From positions 1 to 28,782 of the forward strand of contig JBEKBM010000029.1 of the NCBI GenBank assembly GCA_050015395.1: a stretch of 28,782 nt of DNA, given 5' to 3'. Source of the DNA: Candidatus Bathyarchaeia archaeon. GTDB lineage: Archaea; Thermoproteota; Bathyarchaeia; Bathyarchaeales; Bathycorpusculaceae. The translations under genes were made by a program, and so were the position numbers. This document shows positions 10,719-19,359 of this stretch, one piece after another. Under the pieces are notes generated by a model. The model saw nothing but the letters and a program-made list of their open reading frames with translations. It made no database searches and was not told where the DNA came from. Each line of letters begins with the position of its first letter. Within the stretch, counting starts at the first letter, position 1.

Positions 10719-11179
10719 CTATTTTGTTCTTTTCTTCTTTGCGCCAGCAACTCTTCCGCCAACTGTTTCGCTTTTTTGGAATATACGAGAGCAACGATTT
10801 TGTTCCAGTCAAAGTCCTTTCTCGAATTATAATTCGGGTACTCTTCTTTGGAAAACATGACTAGCTTGTCTGAATCATATAAGGTTCGGAATGGCTCGGA
10901 GGGGTTGTCTGGGTGTTCATGGTGAGTGCTTATGATTTCGCAAACTTGCCTAATGAAGTTGTCAGGGCATTTTAGCTTTTTTAGGATGGCTGTTGCTATT
11001 TGTGGTCCTTTTTCGTATTGTTCTTTTATTGTGCTTCCGCCGATGTCATGCAAAACGATTGAAGCAAATGTTAGTTCTTGAAGTTCCGGTTTAACAGTGA
11101 AGTTTTGTTTTGCTATATCGAAGACTCTCTTGGTATGTGCTACGCCGAAGTCGTTTTTTTCTAAATACGGTGTCGCCAA
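10715..11179 (-). CDS. HD-domain phosphohydrolase
   Basis: HTKRV...LHDIG...HH...DSDKL; GTGA overlap with the MBL gene. Confidence 0.88.
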   Translation of the reverse strand: MATPYLEKNDFGVAHTKRVFDIAKQNFTVKPELQELTFASIVLHDIGGSTIKEQYEKGPQIATAILKKLKCPDNFIRQVCEIISTHHEHPDNPSEPFRTLYDSDKLVMFSKEEYPNYNSRKDFDWNKIVALVYSKKAKQLAEELLAQRRKEQNR

Positions 11180-11289
11180 CTCAAACAGTTTGTCGGTGTC
11201 TATTTTGCCTCACCCGTGGCTCTTTATTTAATTCTTTTTGGTTGCTTATTTAGCTCTTCGTTGTTGTGCTTTTTTGTTGTTATACCAAT

Positions 11290-11420
11290 TTTCGCTTAGT
11301 GCGAAATGAGGAACTCTGCGGCTTCATAGTGTATAGTTACCCGCCGCCAGCTTGCTATGGAAGACGCCTAGTGCTTCCACACATGACAATCCAAGAAATG
11401 AACAAACAGCTAAGCAGCAA
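11290..11420 (+). pseudogene. Fragment of a GNAT-like proviral protein
   Basis: FRLVRNEELCGFIVYSYPPPACYGRRLVLPHMTIQEMNKQLS looks like an internal piece of a GNAT/Mom-like viral protein (recognised from memory); it has no proper start or C-terminus. Confidence 0.45.
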
Positions 11421-11885
11421 TATGTTTATGCCAAGAGCGATTACCTACAGTCAGCAATCCGGAAAGCAGTCATGACGGTATGTTATGGGTTTGCTTTGGC
11501 AGGAATCATGTCAGCGCTCCTTTGGAGTGGGCGGGCGCTATTATGCTTATGCATTAATGGTTATGGATGGTGAGTTTTAGTTGCCCATAGAATCCGTAAA
11601 GGTTTTTTAAGCGTTAGGGTTTTTTAAGGTTGGACAATTTTTTAATGTTGTGTTGCTACTGTAGTCACATATGTTTTTAAGAACCTGTTAGTCAGTAATT
11701 TATGTAGATGCATAAGCGAGAACTTTATTTTGCTTTCCTTATCTGATCTCTGGTCGGATAGTTTTATGTTGATGCTGTTTTAGGAATTTACTGTGTTTTA
11801 GCCCCGTTTTTAGGAGGAAAATTTTGGAGTTTGTTTTTTCTAGCAAGGCCACTGGCTCCGTTTTGTTAGTTGAGAGGTTGCTTGC

Positions 11886-13406
11886 ATGAATACTCAGAGA
11901 ACTTTTACAAAAGCTGTTGTTATCATCCTAATTAGCGTCTTAACCGTGTGTTTAATTGCAGGTTTAGGCTTAAACTTTTCCGGCGCACAGGTGAATGCTT
12001 CTGATGATTCTTCGTCTTTTTGGTTGAGCCTTGCTGAAAACGCTTGGAATTATTTTCAGCCAGGCATAGGTGTTGATTCAACAACGGGGCTTCCATTAGC
12101 ATCTGTCGGTGGTCCCGTCTTTACTGATTGGGATACGGGACTTTATATTCAAGCAATCATTGACGCTGAGAAATTAGGTATACTAAGTAGTGGTGGTGTT
12201 TGGGGTGCTGATGATAGAATCAATAGAGTGTTAACTTTTCTGGAGAATCGTCCGTTGATGGCTGATGGTTTACCTTACCTTTATTATTCTTCGCAGACGG
12301 GCGAAAATCAAGATGATTCAGTTCAGGTTGCTACTGATGCTGGAAATTTGTTTGTGGCTCTTAATAACTTGAAGGATTATAGACCTGATTTAGCAAGTCT
12401 CATTGATTATATCGTGTATAATCGGACAAATTATGAGCCGCGGGAGGAATCAGTTGATATTTTGCTTGGAGAAATGTTGAAGGGAACACGTGTTCCGAAC
12501 ATTTACGATTATTATGTTACGTGTGGGTTTGCGGATTTTTGGCCTGAAAGGTTTTCTGCTGAGGCTAATGCGATTCTTAACTTTATTGTTTCCTCTCCCA
12601 CGGTTAATTACAGTGGTGTTGTGTTGCCGGAGGCTAAGTTAACGTCTGAGCCTTTGCTTCTTTACATTTTTAATTTTCAACAGCCTAATGCGACGATGCT
12701 GAATCTAACGAGGCAAGTTTATCTTGCTCAGGAAATGAGGTATAACTTGACGGGAAAATACACAGCTTTTAGCGAGGGAAACACTGACAGTGGTCTTTAT
12801 GTGTATGAATGGGTGGTTTTGCCTGATGGTCGTATGTGGGTTTTGCAGACTGGGGATTCTAATGACGTAAATACTGATGTTGTTGGGGTAACGCCGATTG
12901 TTTATTTGAAGGCGGCGGTGGGTTTTTTGGCTATTTATGATACGCCATATACGCAGAATATGGTTAGTTATATTTTGGGGCGGGTTCCTGCGCCTTCCAG
13001 TGGGTATAATGATGGCGTTGACGAGACCGGGCAGGTGGTTGCTGCCTCGTTGGGTGTGGGTAACAGTTTGATTATAAGTGCGGCAAGGTATGCTGTCGAT
13101 AACAATGTTAGTGTACCCTTTTCTTGTCCAATGCCTAGCCCTTCCTCGACTCCAATAGTTGATGATTCAGCTCCTGTTATTTCTCCTGCGCCAACGGTAG
13201 CGCCTACGCCTGTGATTGTGCCTAGTCCTACGATTACGCCGTCGCCTTCAGTTGCTCCGAAAATTGATCTTAGTTCTTTGTCTATTTCTACTTCTATGCA
13301 GAATAAAATCTACATCATTATTTCTGTATCAACTGTTGCATTCGCGATTGCAGTCTTTGCTGATGCGTTGGTTTATAAAAAAAGGAAAACTGCAAAGTCG
13401 AAATAG
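11886..13406 (+). CDS. DUF3131-family protein, paralogue 3, with Pro/Thr linker and C-terminal membrane anchor
   Basis: Signal peptide, same DUF3131 motifs, PT-rich linker, TM helix and KKRK tail. Confidence 0.85.
   Translation: MNTQRTFTKAVVIILISVLTVCLIAGLGLNFSGAQVNASDDSSSFWLSLAENAWNYFQPGIGVDSTTGLPLASVGGPVFTDWDTGLYIQAIIDAEKLGILSSGGVWGADDRINRVLTFLENRPLMADGLPYLYYSSQTGENQDDSVQVATDAGNLFVALNNLKDYRPDLASLIDYIVYNRTNYEPREESVDILLGEMLKGTRVPNIYDYYVTCGFADFWPERFSAEANAILNFIVSSPTVNYSGVVLPEAKLTSEPLLLYIFNFQQPNATMLNLTRQVYLAQEMRYNLTGKYTAFSEGNTDSGLYVYEWVVLPDGRMWVLQTGDSNDVNTDVVGVTPIVYLKAAVGFLAIYDTPYTQNMVSYILGRVPAPSSGYNDGVDETGQVVAASLGVGNSLIISAARYAVDNNVSVPFSCPMPSPSSTPIVDDSAPVISPAPTVAPTPVIVPSPTITPSPSVAPKIDLSSLSISTSMQNKIYIIISVSTVAFAIAVFADALVYKKRKTAKSK
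12306..12398. repeat. 93-bp inverted repeat, copy 2 (partner 4539-4631)
   Basis: AATCAAGATGATTCAGTTCAGG...TTTAGCAAGT is shared between DUF3131 paralogues 1 and 3. Confidence 0.9.
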
Positions 13407-13676
13407 TTTGGCTTCGTTGGGGATATTGCTGGTCTTTCTAGCCTTCCCTCGCTGGTGTTATTGTTTTTTGCTTCTTTTAGTTCATTGGTAATTTTGGTTT
13501 TTGGGATGTTTACGTATCTTGCCGTTTTTGTAAGTCTGATGCCCTTGCTGAAAAGGCTTGGAGTAAATTCTTTGGCCAAACAAATTCTACAGCTTTTGTC
13601 CAGAAAATGAGCCAGTTCCTGATACTTTGAGTATGGAGAAGGGTGTTAAGCTTTTCAGCACAGCGTTCGAACACAA

Positions 13677-13967
13677 CTAAAGAGGTTGATAAGCTTGCAC
13701 TTGAGCGTTTTCGGATAATTTTCCAGGCTTCAAAAGACGAAACTTGCGCCTTCTTACGATTAAGATTAATGTTAAAACGATAGCGGCTACTACAGCAATG
13801 AATATGATAAGCATTGTTGTGTTGGTTTGAGAAGTTGGTTTAGGTGAAGTTAGCGGTGCTGAAGTTATAATTGGAGTTAAGGTTGGAGTTGAAGGCGAGG
13901 TTGGAGGGCAAAATTTAAGGTTTTCAGATACCTTTTGGGGAAAAGATAGTGGACTTGACGCACTCAT
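13677..13967 (-). pseudogene. Orphan C-terminal surface-anchor fragment (PT linker, TM, RRRK)
   Basis: PTSPSTPTLTP...MLIIFIAVVAAIVLTLILIVRRRK with no signal peptide or passenger domain. Confidence 0.55.
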
Positions 13968-14300
13968 GAGTCAACCGTGAGTAACGTGAATTTGGACTTG
14001 CCTTTGTATAAAAGTGCGATCTTTTGTAGACCGATTGAGCGGTTGGTGTTGACAAAGCCTAAATATGTTTAGATGTATATTTGTCAGCTATGACTCAAGA
14101 ATGACATGCTACACAATCAAGCTTTCGAAAAACCTTGTGAAGAGATAGATGGATGAAACTGGCGCATGATCTCTTTTGAAGGGATATCGCTTGATTCTTT
14201 GTCGCCGCCTCGAGTGGCGTTGAGATGATAATTTGCACAATAACAGGTGTTTTAGGCTTACTGTGCAGTTCTGACCTAAAATTTTCATGGTGATTTAAAT

Positions 14301-14732
14301 ATGAGAGCTAATAGAGGGTTTACGGTTTTTGTTGAAAGGCGTATTTCTCAGCTTCGGCAAACTGCTGATTACGATACACAGCATCTTAGAAGAGAGTGGA
14401 TTGATAAGCTTAACGTTACGTTCACTGTGGCTAATTCGATTGCTAAGGGTGAAGTTAATCGGCAGCGAGTTGGCAATAGGGTAGAGTTTATAACTCCTAA
14501 GCAGCGGCAGATGTGGGCTCATGTTGCTGCTCATATTGCGATGGTTATGGGTAACTTGGCAAAAGGGTACGATGAGCACCAGTTTAATGAGGATTTAGCT
14601 GAAGTGGAACGGTTAGTTGATGAGATCAAGAAGCTACAAGCTCAAAGAGCTGAGGAAGGAGATCGAGCAGCAGAAGGCAAACCTGCAGACAAATGCAGTG
14701 GAACAGGCACCGAAAGCGTTAGTAATCCCTGA
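14301..14732 (+). CDS. Helical proviral protein upstream of terL (candidate terminase small subunit)
   Basis: GGTGA SD; helical/coiled-coil character; overlaps the terL 5' end. Assignment is by position only. Confidence 0.6.
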   Translation: MRANRGFTVFVERRISQLRQTADYDTQHLRREWIDKLNVTFTVANSIAKGEVNRQRVGNRVEFITPKQRQMWAHVAAHIAMVMGNLAKGYDEHQFNEDLAEVERLVDEIKKLQAQRAEEGDRAAEGKPADKCSGTGTESVSNP

Positions 14733-16026
14733 GGATCCTGTTGATTTTGCGCGGGATTTCTTCGGTTTTGATGCAAAGGAATATCAGGCTGGGCTTCTTC
14801 GCGACAAAAGTAAGCGTATTGTGGTTCGCTGGAGCAGGCAAGCTGGAAAAACCACGTGCATCGCATTGAGGGCAATCTGGTTTGCATGCGTCTACCCGAA
14901 GACGGTGACGTTGATTGTTGCGCCCACCTTGCGCCAGAGCATGATTATGAGTGATCGTATCCAAGATTTTCTTGCGAGCTTGCCGAAAGATAAGAGAACG
15001 ATGCTTGTTGAGAAGTTACAGCGCACAACAGTACGCTTCAGAAACGGTAGCCGTATAGTTGCTTTGCCTAATAGCCCGCAGTTGCTTCGCGGTTACACTG
15101 CAAATCAGGTTATTACCGATGAATCGGGTTTCTTCAAGGATGACCGGCTCGTATTCTACAATGTGCTTTATCCAATGCTGTCAACAACAGATGGCACATT
15201 AATCGCAAGTAGCACTCCCTGGAGCAAGGACAGCGTTTTCTACCGCTTTTGCCAAGCGCCAGAATTCAGCAAGCACGTTGTGACTTGTGAGGATGTCGTG
15301 CGTAGCGGGCTTGTTAAACAGAGCTTTATAGATGACACAAAAGCGCTTATTCCTCCTGAGCGTTTCCAGCGGGAATTCATGTCTGAATTTGTTGAAGACA
15401 TTGATGCGTGGCTAACGCAGAGTCTTATCGTCAGCTGCATCGACAGCCAACTTGTATCTTATGATTTTCAAGCTCAGCCTCAGGGTGAATTCTACGCTGG
15501 CGTTGACTTCGGGAAAGAACAAGACTTTAGCGTTGTGCTGGTGGTCGAGAAGCAAGGCTACATTCTGAGGGTGGTTCATGTCCATCGCTTTCCATTACAT
15601 TCGCAATACGCTTCAGTTATAGGTTATATCAAGAGCCTGCAGGATCGCTGGAAAATAATCCGAGCAGTATATGGCGACGTCACAGGAGTTGGCTCATATA
15701 TTGTTGAGGATATGGTTCGTTGTGGGATCCAAGGCGTAACTGGAGTGACCTTCACAGTTAAGTCTAAAGAGGAGATGGCTACGATTCTGCGGGAAAAGAT
15801 GCGCAACGGCGAAGTAAAGATTCCATATGTTCCGACAAGAAAACTGGAAGATATTGATCTAACAGCTGAATTGAATGTTGAAAAGTTTGAGCTCATGAAG
15901 ACTGGGCACTTGCGCTTTAGTCATCCTGAAGGTGGGCATGATGACGTTTTCTGGAGCACTTCGTTGGCTGTTCTAGGTTCTGTGCAGGCACCGTTGCCTG
16001 GTAGAGGCGCTGTTATGCCGTATTAA
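14617..16026 (+). CDS. terL: Terminase large subunit (Terminase_6 family)
   Basis: Q motif YQ; Walker A SRQAGKTT; Walker B VITDE; coupling motif SSTP; nuclease motifs GVDFG, DVTGVG and HDD. Confidence 0.95.
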   Translation: MMRSRSYKLKELRKEIEQQKANLQTNAVEQAPKALVIPEDPVDFARDFFGFDAKEYQAGLLRDKSKRIVVRWSRQAGKTTCIALRAIWFACVYPKTVTLIVAPTLRQSMIMSDRIQDFLASLPKDKRTMLVEKLQRTTVRFRNGSRIVALPNSPQLLRGYTANQVITDESGFFKDDRLVFYNVLYPMLSTTDGTLIASSTPWSKDSVFYRFCQAPEFSKHVVTCEDVVRSGLVKQSFIDDTKALIPPERFQREFMSEFVEDIDAWLTQSLIVSCIDSQLVSYDFQAQPQGEFYAGVDFGKEQDFSVVLVVEKQGYILRVVHVHRFPLHSQYASVIGYIKSLQDRWKIIRAVYGDVTGVGSYIVEDMVRCGIQGVTGVTFTVKSKEEMATILREKMRNGEVKIPYVPTRKLEDIDLTAELNVEKFELMKTGHLRFSHPEGGHDDVFWSTSLAVLGSVQAPLPGRGAVMPY

Positions 16027-16092
16027 TGGTAAGTGAATATGAGCTTTGTTGCTGAGCGTTTGCCTCAGTTTATTGGTAATTGAATAATTAAG

Positions 16093-16638
16093 GTGAAAAA
16101 TTTAATGGACCAAGAGAATAAAAAAATCAAAAAACCTGAAGAAAAAACAGAGACAAAAAGTTTGCTTGAGGACTGGCCGAGTTTTTGTGCTTGGGAGCAA
16201 GCCCTCGACGATAGTCGGAGTAAAGGAATTCCAGCGTTCTTGCAAGAACCTGAAGACAAACAAATAAGCAAAGAAGGGGTGAAGCCTTTGTCTGAACTGA
16301 ACGCTCAGCAAGGTGCTTCTACACAACAGGCACAAGACTTAATCAAAAATGCATCGGAAGAATCGGGGCCAAAACAATTGACGTACGAGGATTTGACGAA
16401 TCAACTGCAAAACTTGGAAAAGCAGATTAAACAGATTCCAAGCGCTAGCTATGATGAACTTGTCGCATTGAAAAAGAAGATTGCGGATTTGAATAAGGAG
16501 ATTGTTAAGAGGACGCCTATGCGTGATTTAGGCAAGAAGATTAGTGAGCTTTCTAAACAGTTGCAGCAACCTGAAGACGAGGAAGATAGCGAGAGCAAAG
16601 AAACTGAAGCATCTGAAGCTAAAAGTGCTGAGGGCTAA
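16093..16638 (+). CDS. Acidic coiled-coil protein, possibly a scaffold/head-assembly remnant
   Basis: E/K/Q-rich heptads in the position expected for head genes; may be a deletion fusion. Confidence 0.5.
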   Translation: MKNLMDQENKKIKKPEEKTETKSLLEDWPSFCAWEQALDDSRSKGIPAFLQEPEDKQISKEGVKPLSELNAQQGASTQQAQDLIKNASEESGPKQLTYEDLTNQLQNLEKQIKQIPSASYDELVALKKKIADLNKEIVKRTPMRDLGKKISELSKQLQQPEDEEDSESKETEASEAKSAEG

Positions 16639-16746
16639 ACGTGCAAGCGTCAAAGGCATAGTCGACACTAGACAAGATGCAGCGTGACATACTTAGGAAT
16701 TACGTGGTTAGCGCTTAGCTATGGGCAAGTGTGCGATTGTGTTGAT

Positions 16747-16869
16747 GTGACGGGTAAGCTGTGGCGGAGCAAGATAGCCACCTTTTCGCAAAAGGTCACT
16801 GAAGGCGGATTCTTAGTGTTGCCTATCGCCTAGGCTCGCTAGCGGGAGCTAGAACATAAATTCCGTCAA
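16747..16869 (+). ncRNA. Candidate structured RNA (multi-hairpin with possible pseudoknot)
   Basis: Consecutive stems GTGGC/GCCAC, CTTTT/AAAAG, CACTGAAG/CTTAGTG, GCCTA/TAGGC and CTAGC-GGGA-GCTAG (GNRA loop). GGCGGA or TGACGG can pair with TCCGTCA at 16862-16868. Confidence 0.35.
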
Positions 16870-16907
16870 AAGAGCAATTTCAGGGTAACGAGTAAAGGCG
16901 AAAAGAG

Positions 16908-17336
16908 TTGGGGCAAAAAGAAAAAGAGAAAGATTTGAAGAAGCAGCTTGGAACGCTTGGTGTGGGCGACTTGATCTGTGTGGAATGGTGCGATGCTAGC
17001 GTTGGCAAAAGCAGCGGCAGCGGAGCATCTATTGATGTGCCTGTGAAGAGCTGGGGTATTTATGTGGGTTTATTCGGTAACAACCGTAAGCATGTCGTTA
17101 TTGCGCAGAACAGTTTCCGCTATACCGACGACCTCTTTGACTTGGATTATTCGGCTATTCCGCTTAGCTGGGCTGAGGACCTGTCAGTGCTGGTTAAAGA
17201 GCATATTCCCCGAGAAGAGGCTGGCAAGCTAGTTAACAGTTTCTTGCTGGGCGGGCACTGTAGGCTTAGTCGCACACGGACTTTTCAGCGCCGTATCTTT
17301 CAGCAGAGGTTAAGTGTTGATGGCAGGCCTGATTAA
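16908..17336 (+). CDS. Proviral hypothetical protein (VEWxDA motif, SH3/Sm-like beta protein)
   Basis: GDLICVEWCDAS...VKSWGIYVG...AIP pattern seen in small viral beta-barrel proteins. Confidence 0.7.
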   Translation: MGQKEKEKDLKKQLGTLGVGDLICVEWCDASVGKSSGSGASIDVPVKSWGIYVGLFGNNRKHVVIAQNSFRYTDDLFDLDYSAIPLSWAEDLSVLVKEHIPREEAGKLVNSFLLGGHCRLSRTRTFQRRIFQQRLSVDGRPD

Positions 17337-17557
17337 GCGTGCTTTGACGCACAGACGTTTTCAACTTGGGCGTTTCACTGCAGGTGCAGGAATTTCGCAC
17401 AGGTGTAGGTGCACGTCTTGCAGGTGTAAGTAGGCCGCCCCACGCACTTCACATTAACTATAGTGTAACTGCTCTTCGCTTACATCTTTCCATTCACCGT
17501 TTTTGTACAAATTTAATAAGAAAATCTGTTTTATAGAATCATGAATATTATAATCGG

Positions 17558-17869
17558 TTACTTGCAGTATTTTGCTACTTTCTCAATGAAGTCTTTGACC
17601 TCTTGAAGTAATGCAGGCGAATAAAACTGAAGTCGAATAGTCGCTTTTTGACTATCCTTGAAACGTGCGGTGAGCGTTTCGCCTTTTATTTCGGCTTTAT
17701 CAAAATCGCGTAAAAGGTACATTTCAGGGTCTTGCCTCTCCACGATATTAAGGCGCAAGTTATGCTTCTCTTGTTGGATGATGAGGTGATGAGTGGTTAA
17801 CCAGCCTACACCATTTTCTAGCCTGAAGGATAAGATTGTCTTTTCTTCCGGAAAGCCGTCAAATTTCAT
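17558..17869 (-). CDS. Hypothetical protein, possible PH-like domain
   Basis: EEKTIL...GVGWLTTHHLII resembles the bacterial PH 'LTNxRLI' strand; C-terminal helix. Confidence 0.6.
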   Translation of the reverse strand: MKFDGFPEEKTILSFRLENGVGWLTTHHLIIQQEKHNLRLNIVERQDPEMYLLRDFDKAEIKGETLTARFKDSQKATIRLQFYSPALLQEVKDFIEKVAKYCK

Positions 17870-18233
17870 AATGCTCTTATTGTAGCGTAGTATTATTTTG
17901 ATTTTTCCTGTTTTGAGTCTGGGAATTTCAGCGGCAGCTTCTAGTTTTCAGGGTTTCATTATTTTTCGATACGAGATTTAAGTTTTATAGCATACGATAG
18001 CATGGCTTTTTTGCATAGTGGGAAAATCGAAGTTTCCAGTAAGCCAGTTAGATTTACAGGGGCGCACAGAAGGCAATTAGCAAAGGTAGAAAAGGGCTAT
18101 TTTCTAATTGACCAAGAATGGTACGTTAAATCTTCTTAATTTTCATATCCGATTTTTTTGTGCTTGTGCCGCTCGCTCTCTTTATTGTTTCGCCGCAAAT
18201 CAACTAAGAATCGATAAAGACTAAAGTAAATTT

Positions 18234-18590
18234 CTAAAGCAACGCATGAATAAATTTTATTGCCTCTACCCTTCTTTCTTTGCAAATATTTAAGGTTCTC
18301 ATGCCCTTTTCCGTTAAAGAAAATAGGCATTTTCCACATGAATATTCTGTGCAAATCATTTCTTCAAACCACAGAATATCCAACGAATTATCAACCTTCG
18401 AAGAGTCCAATACATTACCTGATTTAGTTTTTATAGTATTAAAGATGACTTCTTTGCTTAACAAACTCTTTTTTGAGAGTAATGCTAAAATGGCGTACTG
18501 CAAGATACGTTCCGCAATAATATTTACTAGTTCAGCGATTCCTTCAGATCTATGTAATTGCTGAATTTCCGCTTTCTTATAAGCCATCAA
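18234..18590 (-). CDS. PadR-like winged-helix protein
   Basis: ILALLSKK...FSLTEKGMRTL (PadR Y/FxLTxxG wing); overlaps the MinD stop. Confidence 0.7.
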   Translation of the reverse strand: MMAYKKAEIQQLHRSEGIAELVNIIAERILQYAILALLSKKSLLSKEVIFNTIKTKSGNVLDSSKVDNSLDILWFEEMICTEYSCGKCLFSLTEKGMRTLNICKERRVEAIKFIHALL

Positions 18591-19359
18591 TTTTATCTGC
18601 CACCTCCTCTAATTTCTTAATAAAAGGATGATCTGGCTGCTGAATAGCTAATAATGCCATTCTCTCTGCTTGCAGAACGTCGCAGTAGCAAGGAATTTTG
18701 CTTATTACTGGATGCTTTAAAATTTCTTCTGTTTTAGATACTAAGTCGTTTTCTTCATTGGGGATAATTCTATTTTCTGGAGAAAATTTATTCAAAATAA
18801 TAACCGTTTTTTTGTCTAAAATATCGAATATATCTTTAAGCATATTTTTTGTCCCAATCAAATCAACCAAGTCAGAATTCATTACGATAACGCACACATC
18901 TGAACAAGCTAAAGCATTAACTGAAGAATACTGAACTCCAGGACTCGTGTCAAAAATGCAATAATCGATGCCCATATCGCTATTAAGTGAAGATAGCAAT
19001 GAAAAGAGCTTCTTAACGGCAACTGCTTCCCAAGCTTGACTCTTTAGCATCATATTTTGGATGGCTTCAACAGAAGGGTTAGCCAATCCCACTTGCAGCT
19101 TACCTTTAAGATTATAATAGTTCGATATGTCAATTAGCACTTGCACTTCCTTGCACCTGCCATTCAAGAAGTCATTTAACCAATATTTTACTGGAGAATT
19201 AAGCGCCTTGGAGAAAATAATTACCATACTAGGCGCTCGAAAATCAACATCTAAAAGTGCAACGTTAAAACCCCTGGAAGCCAAAACACACGCTAAATTA
19301 GTTGCAATTTCAGTCTTTCCTGTTCCCCCACGGGATGAATGTATCGATATGGTTTTCAT
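18577..19359 (-). CDS. MinD/ParA-family ATPase
   Basis: Deviant Walker A SRGGTGKT, LLDVD, FDTSPG, ILNK. Confidence 0.92.
   Translation of the reverse strand: MKTISIHSSRGGTGKTEIATNLACVLASRGFNVALLDVDFRAPSMVIIFSKALNSPVKYWLNDFLNGRCKEVQVLIDISNYYNLKGKLQVGLANPSVEAIQNMMLKSQAWEAVAVKKLFSLLSSLNSDMGIDYCIFDTSPGVQYSSVNALACSDVCVIVMNSDLVDLIGTKNMLKDIFDILDKKTVIILNKFSPENRIIPNEENDLVSKTEEILKHPVISKIPCYCDVLQAERMALLAIQQPDHPFIKKLEEVADKIDGL

Larger units (their letters stand above)
14301..17380 (+). mobile_element. Degenerate head-tail (Caudoviricetes) provirus remnant
   Basis: Terminase large subunit plus co-oriented overlapping hypothetical genes; no recognisable intact portal, capsid, tail or integrase gene in the window. 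Confidence 0.75.

Noticed and set aside
13373-13579. 68-aa minus-strand ORF
   Set aside because: It is the antisense of the hydrophobic plus-strand remnant and overlaps the DUF3131 end.
16797-16869. Fluoride riboswitch, hammerhead or pistol ribozyme assignment
   Set aside because: The conserved core nucleotides of those families are not present.
18002-18139. 45-aa ORF MAFLHSGKIEVSSKP... resembling the end of a histidine-kinase ATPase domain (a possible ComP remnant)
   Set aside because: The match is only about 10 residues and there are no G-box motifs upstream; chance is likely.
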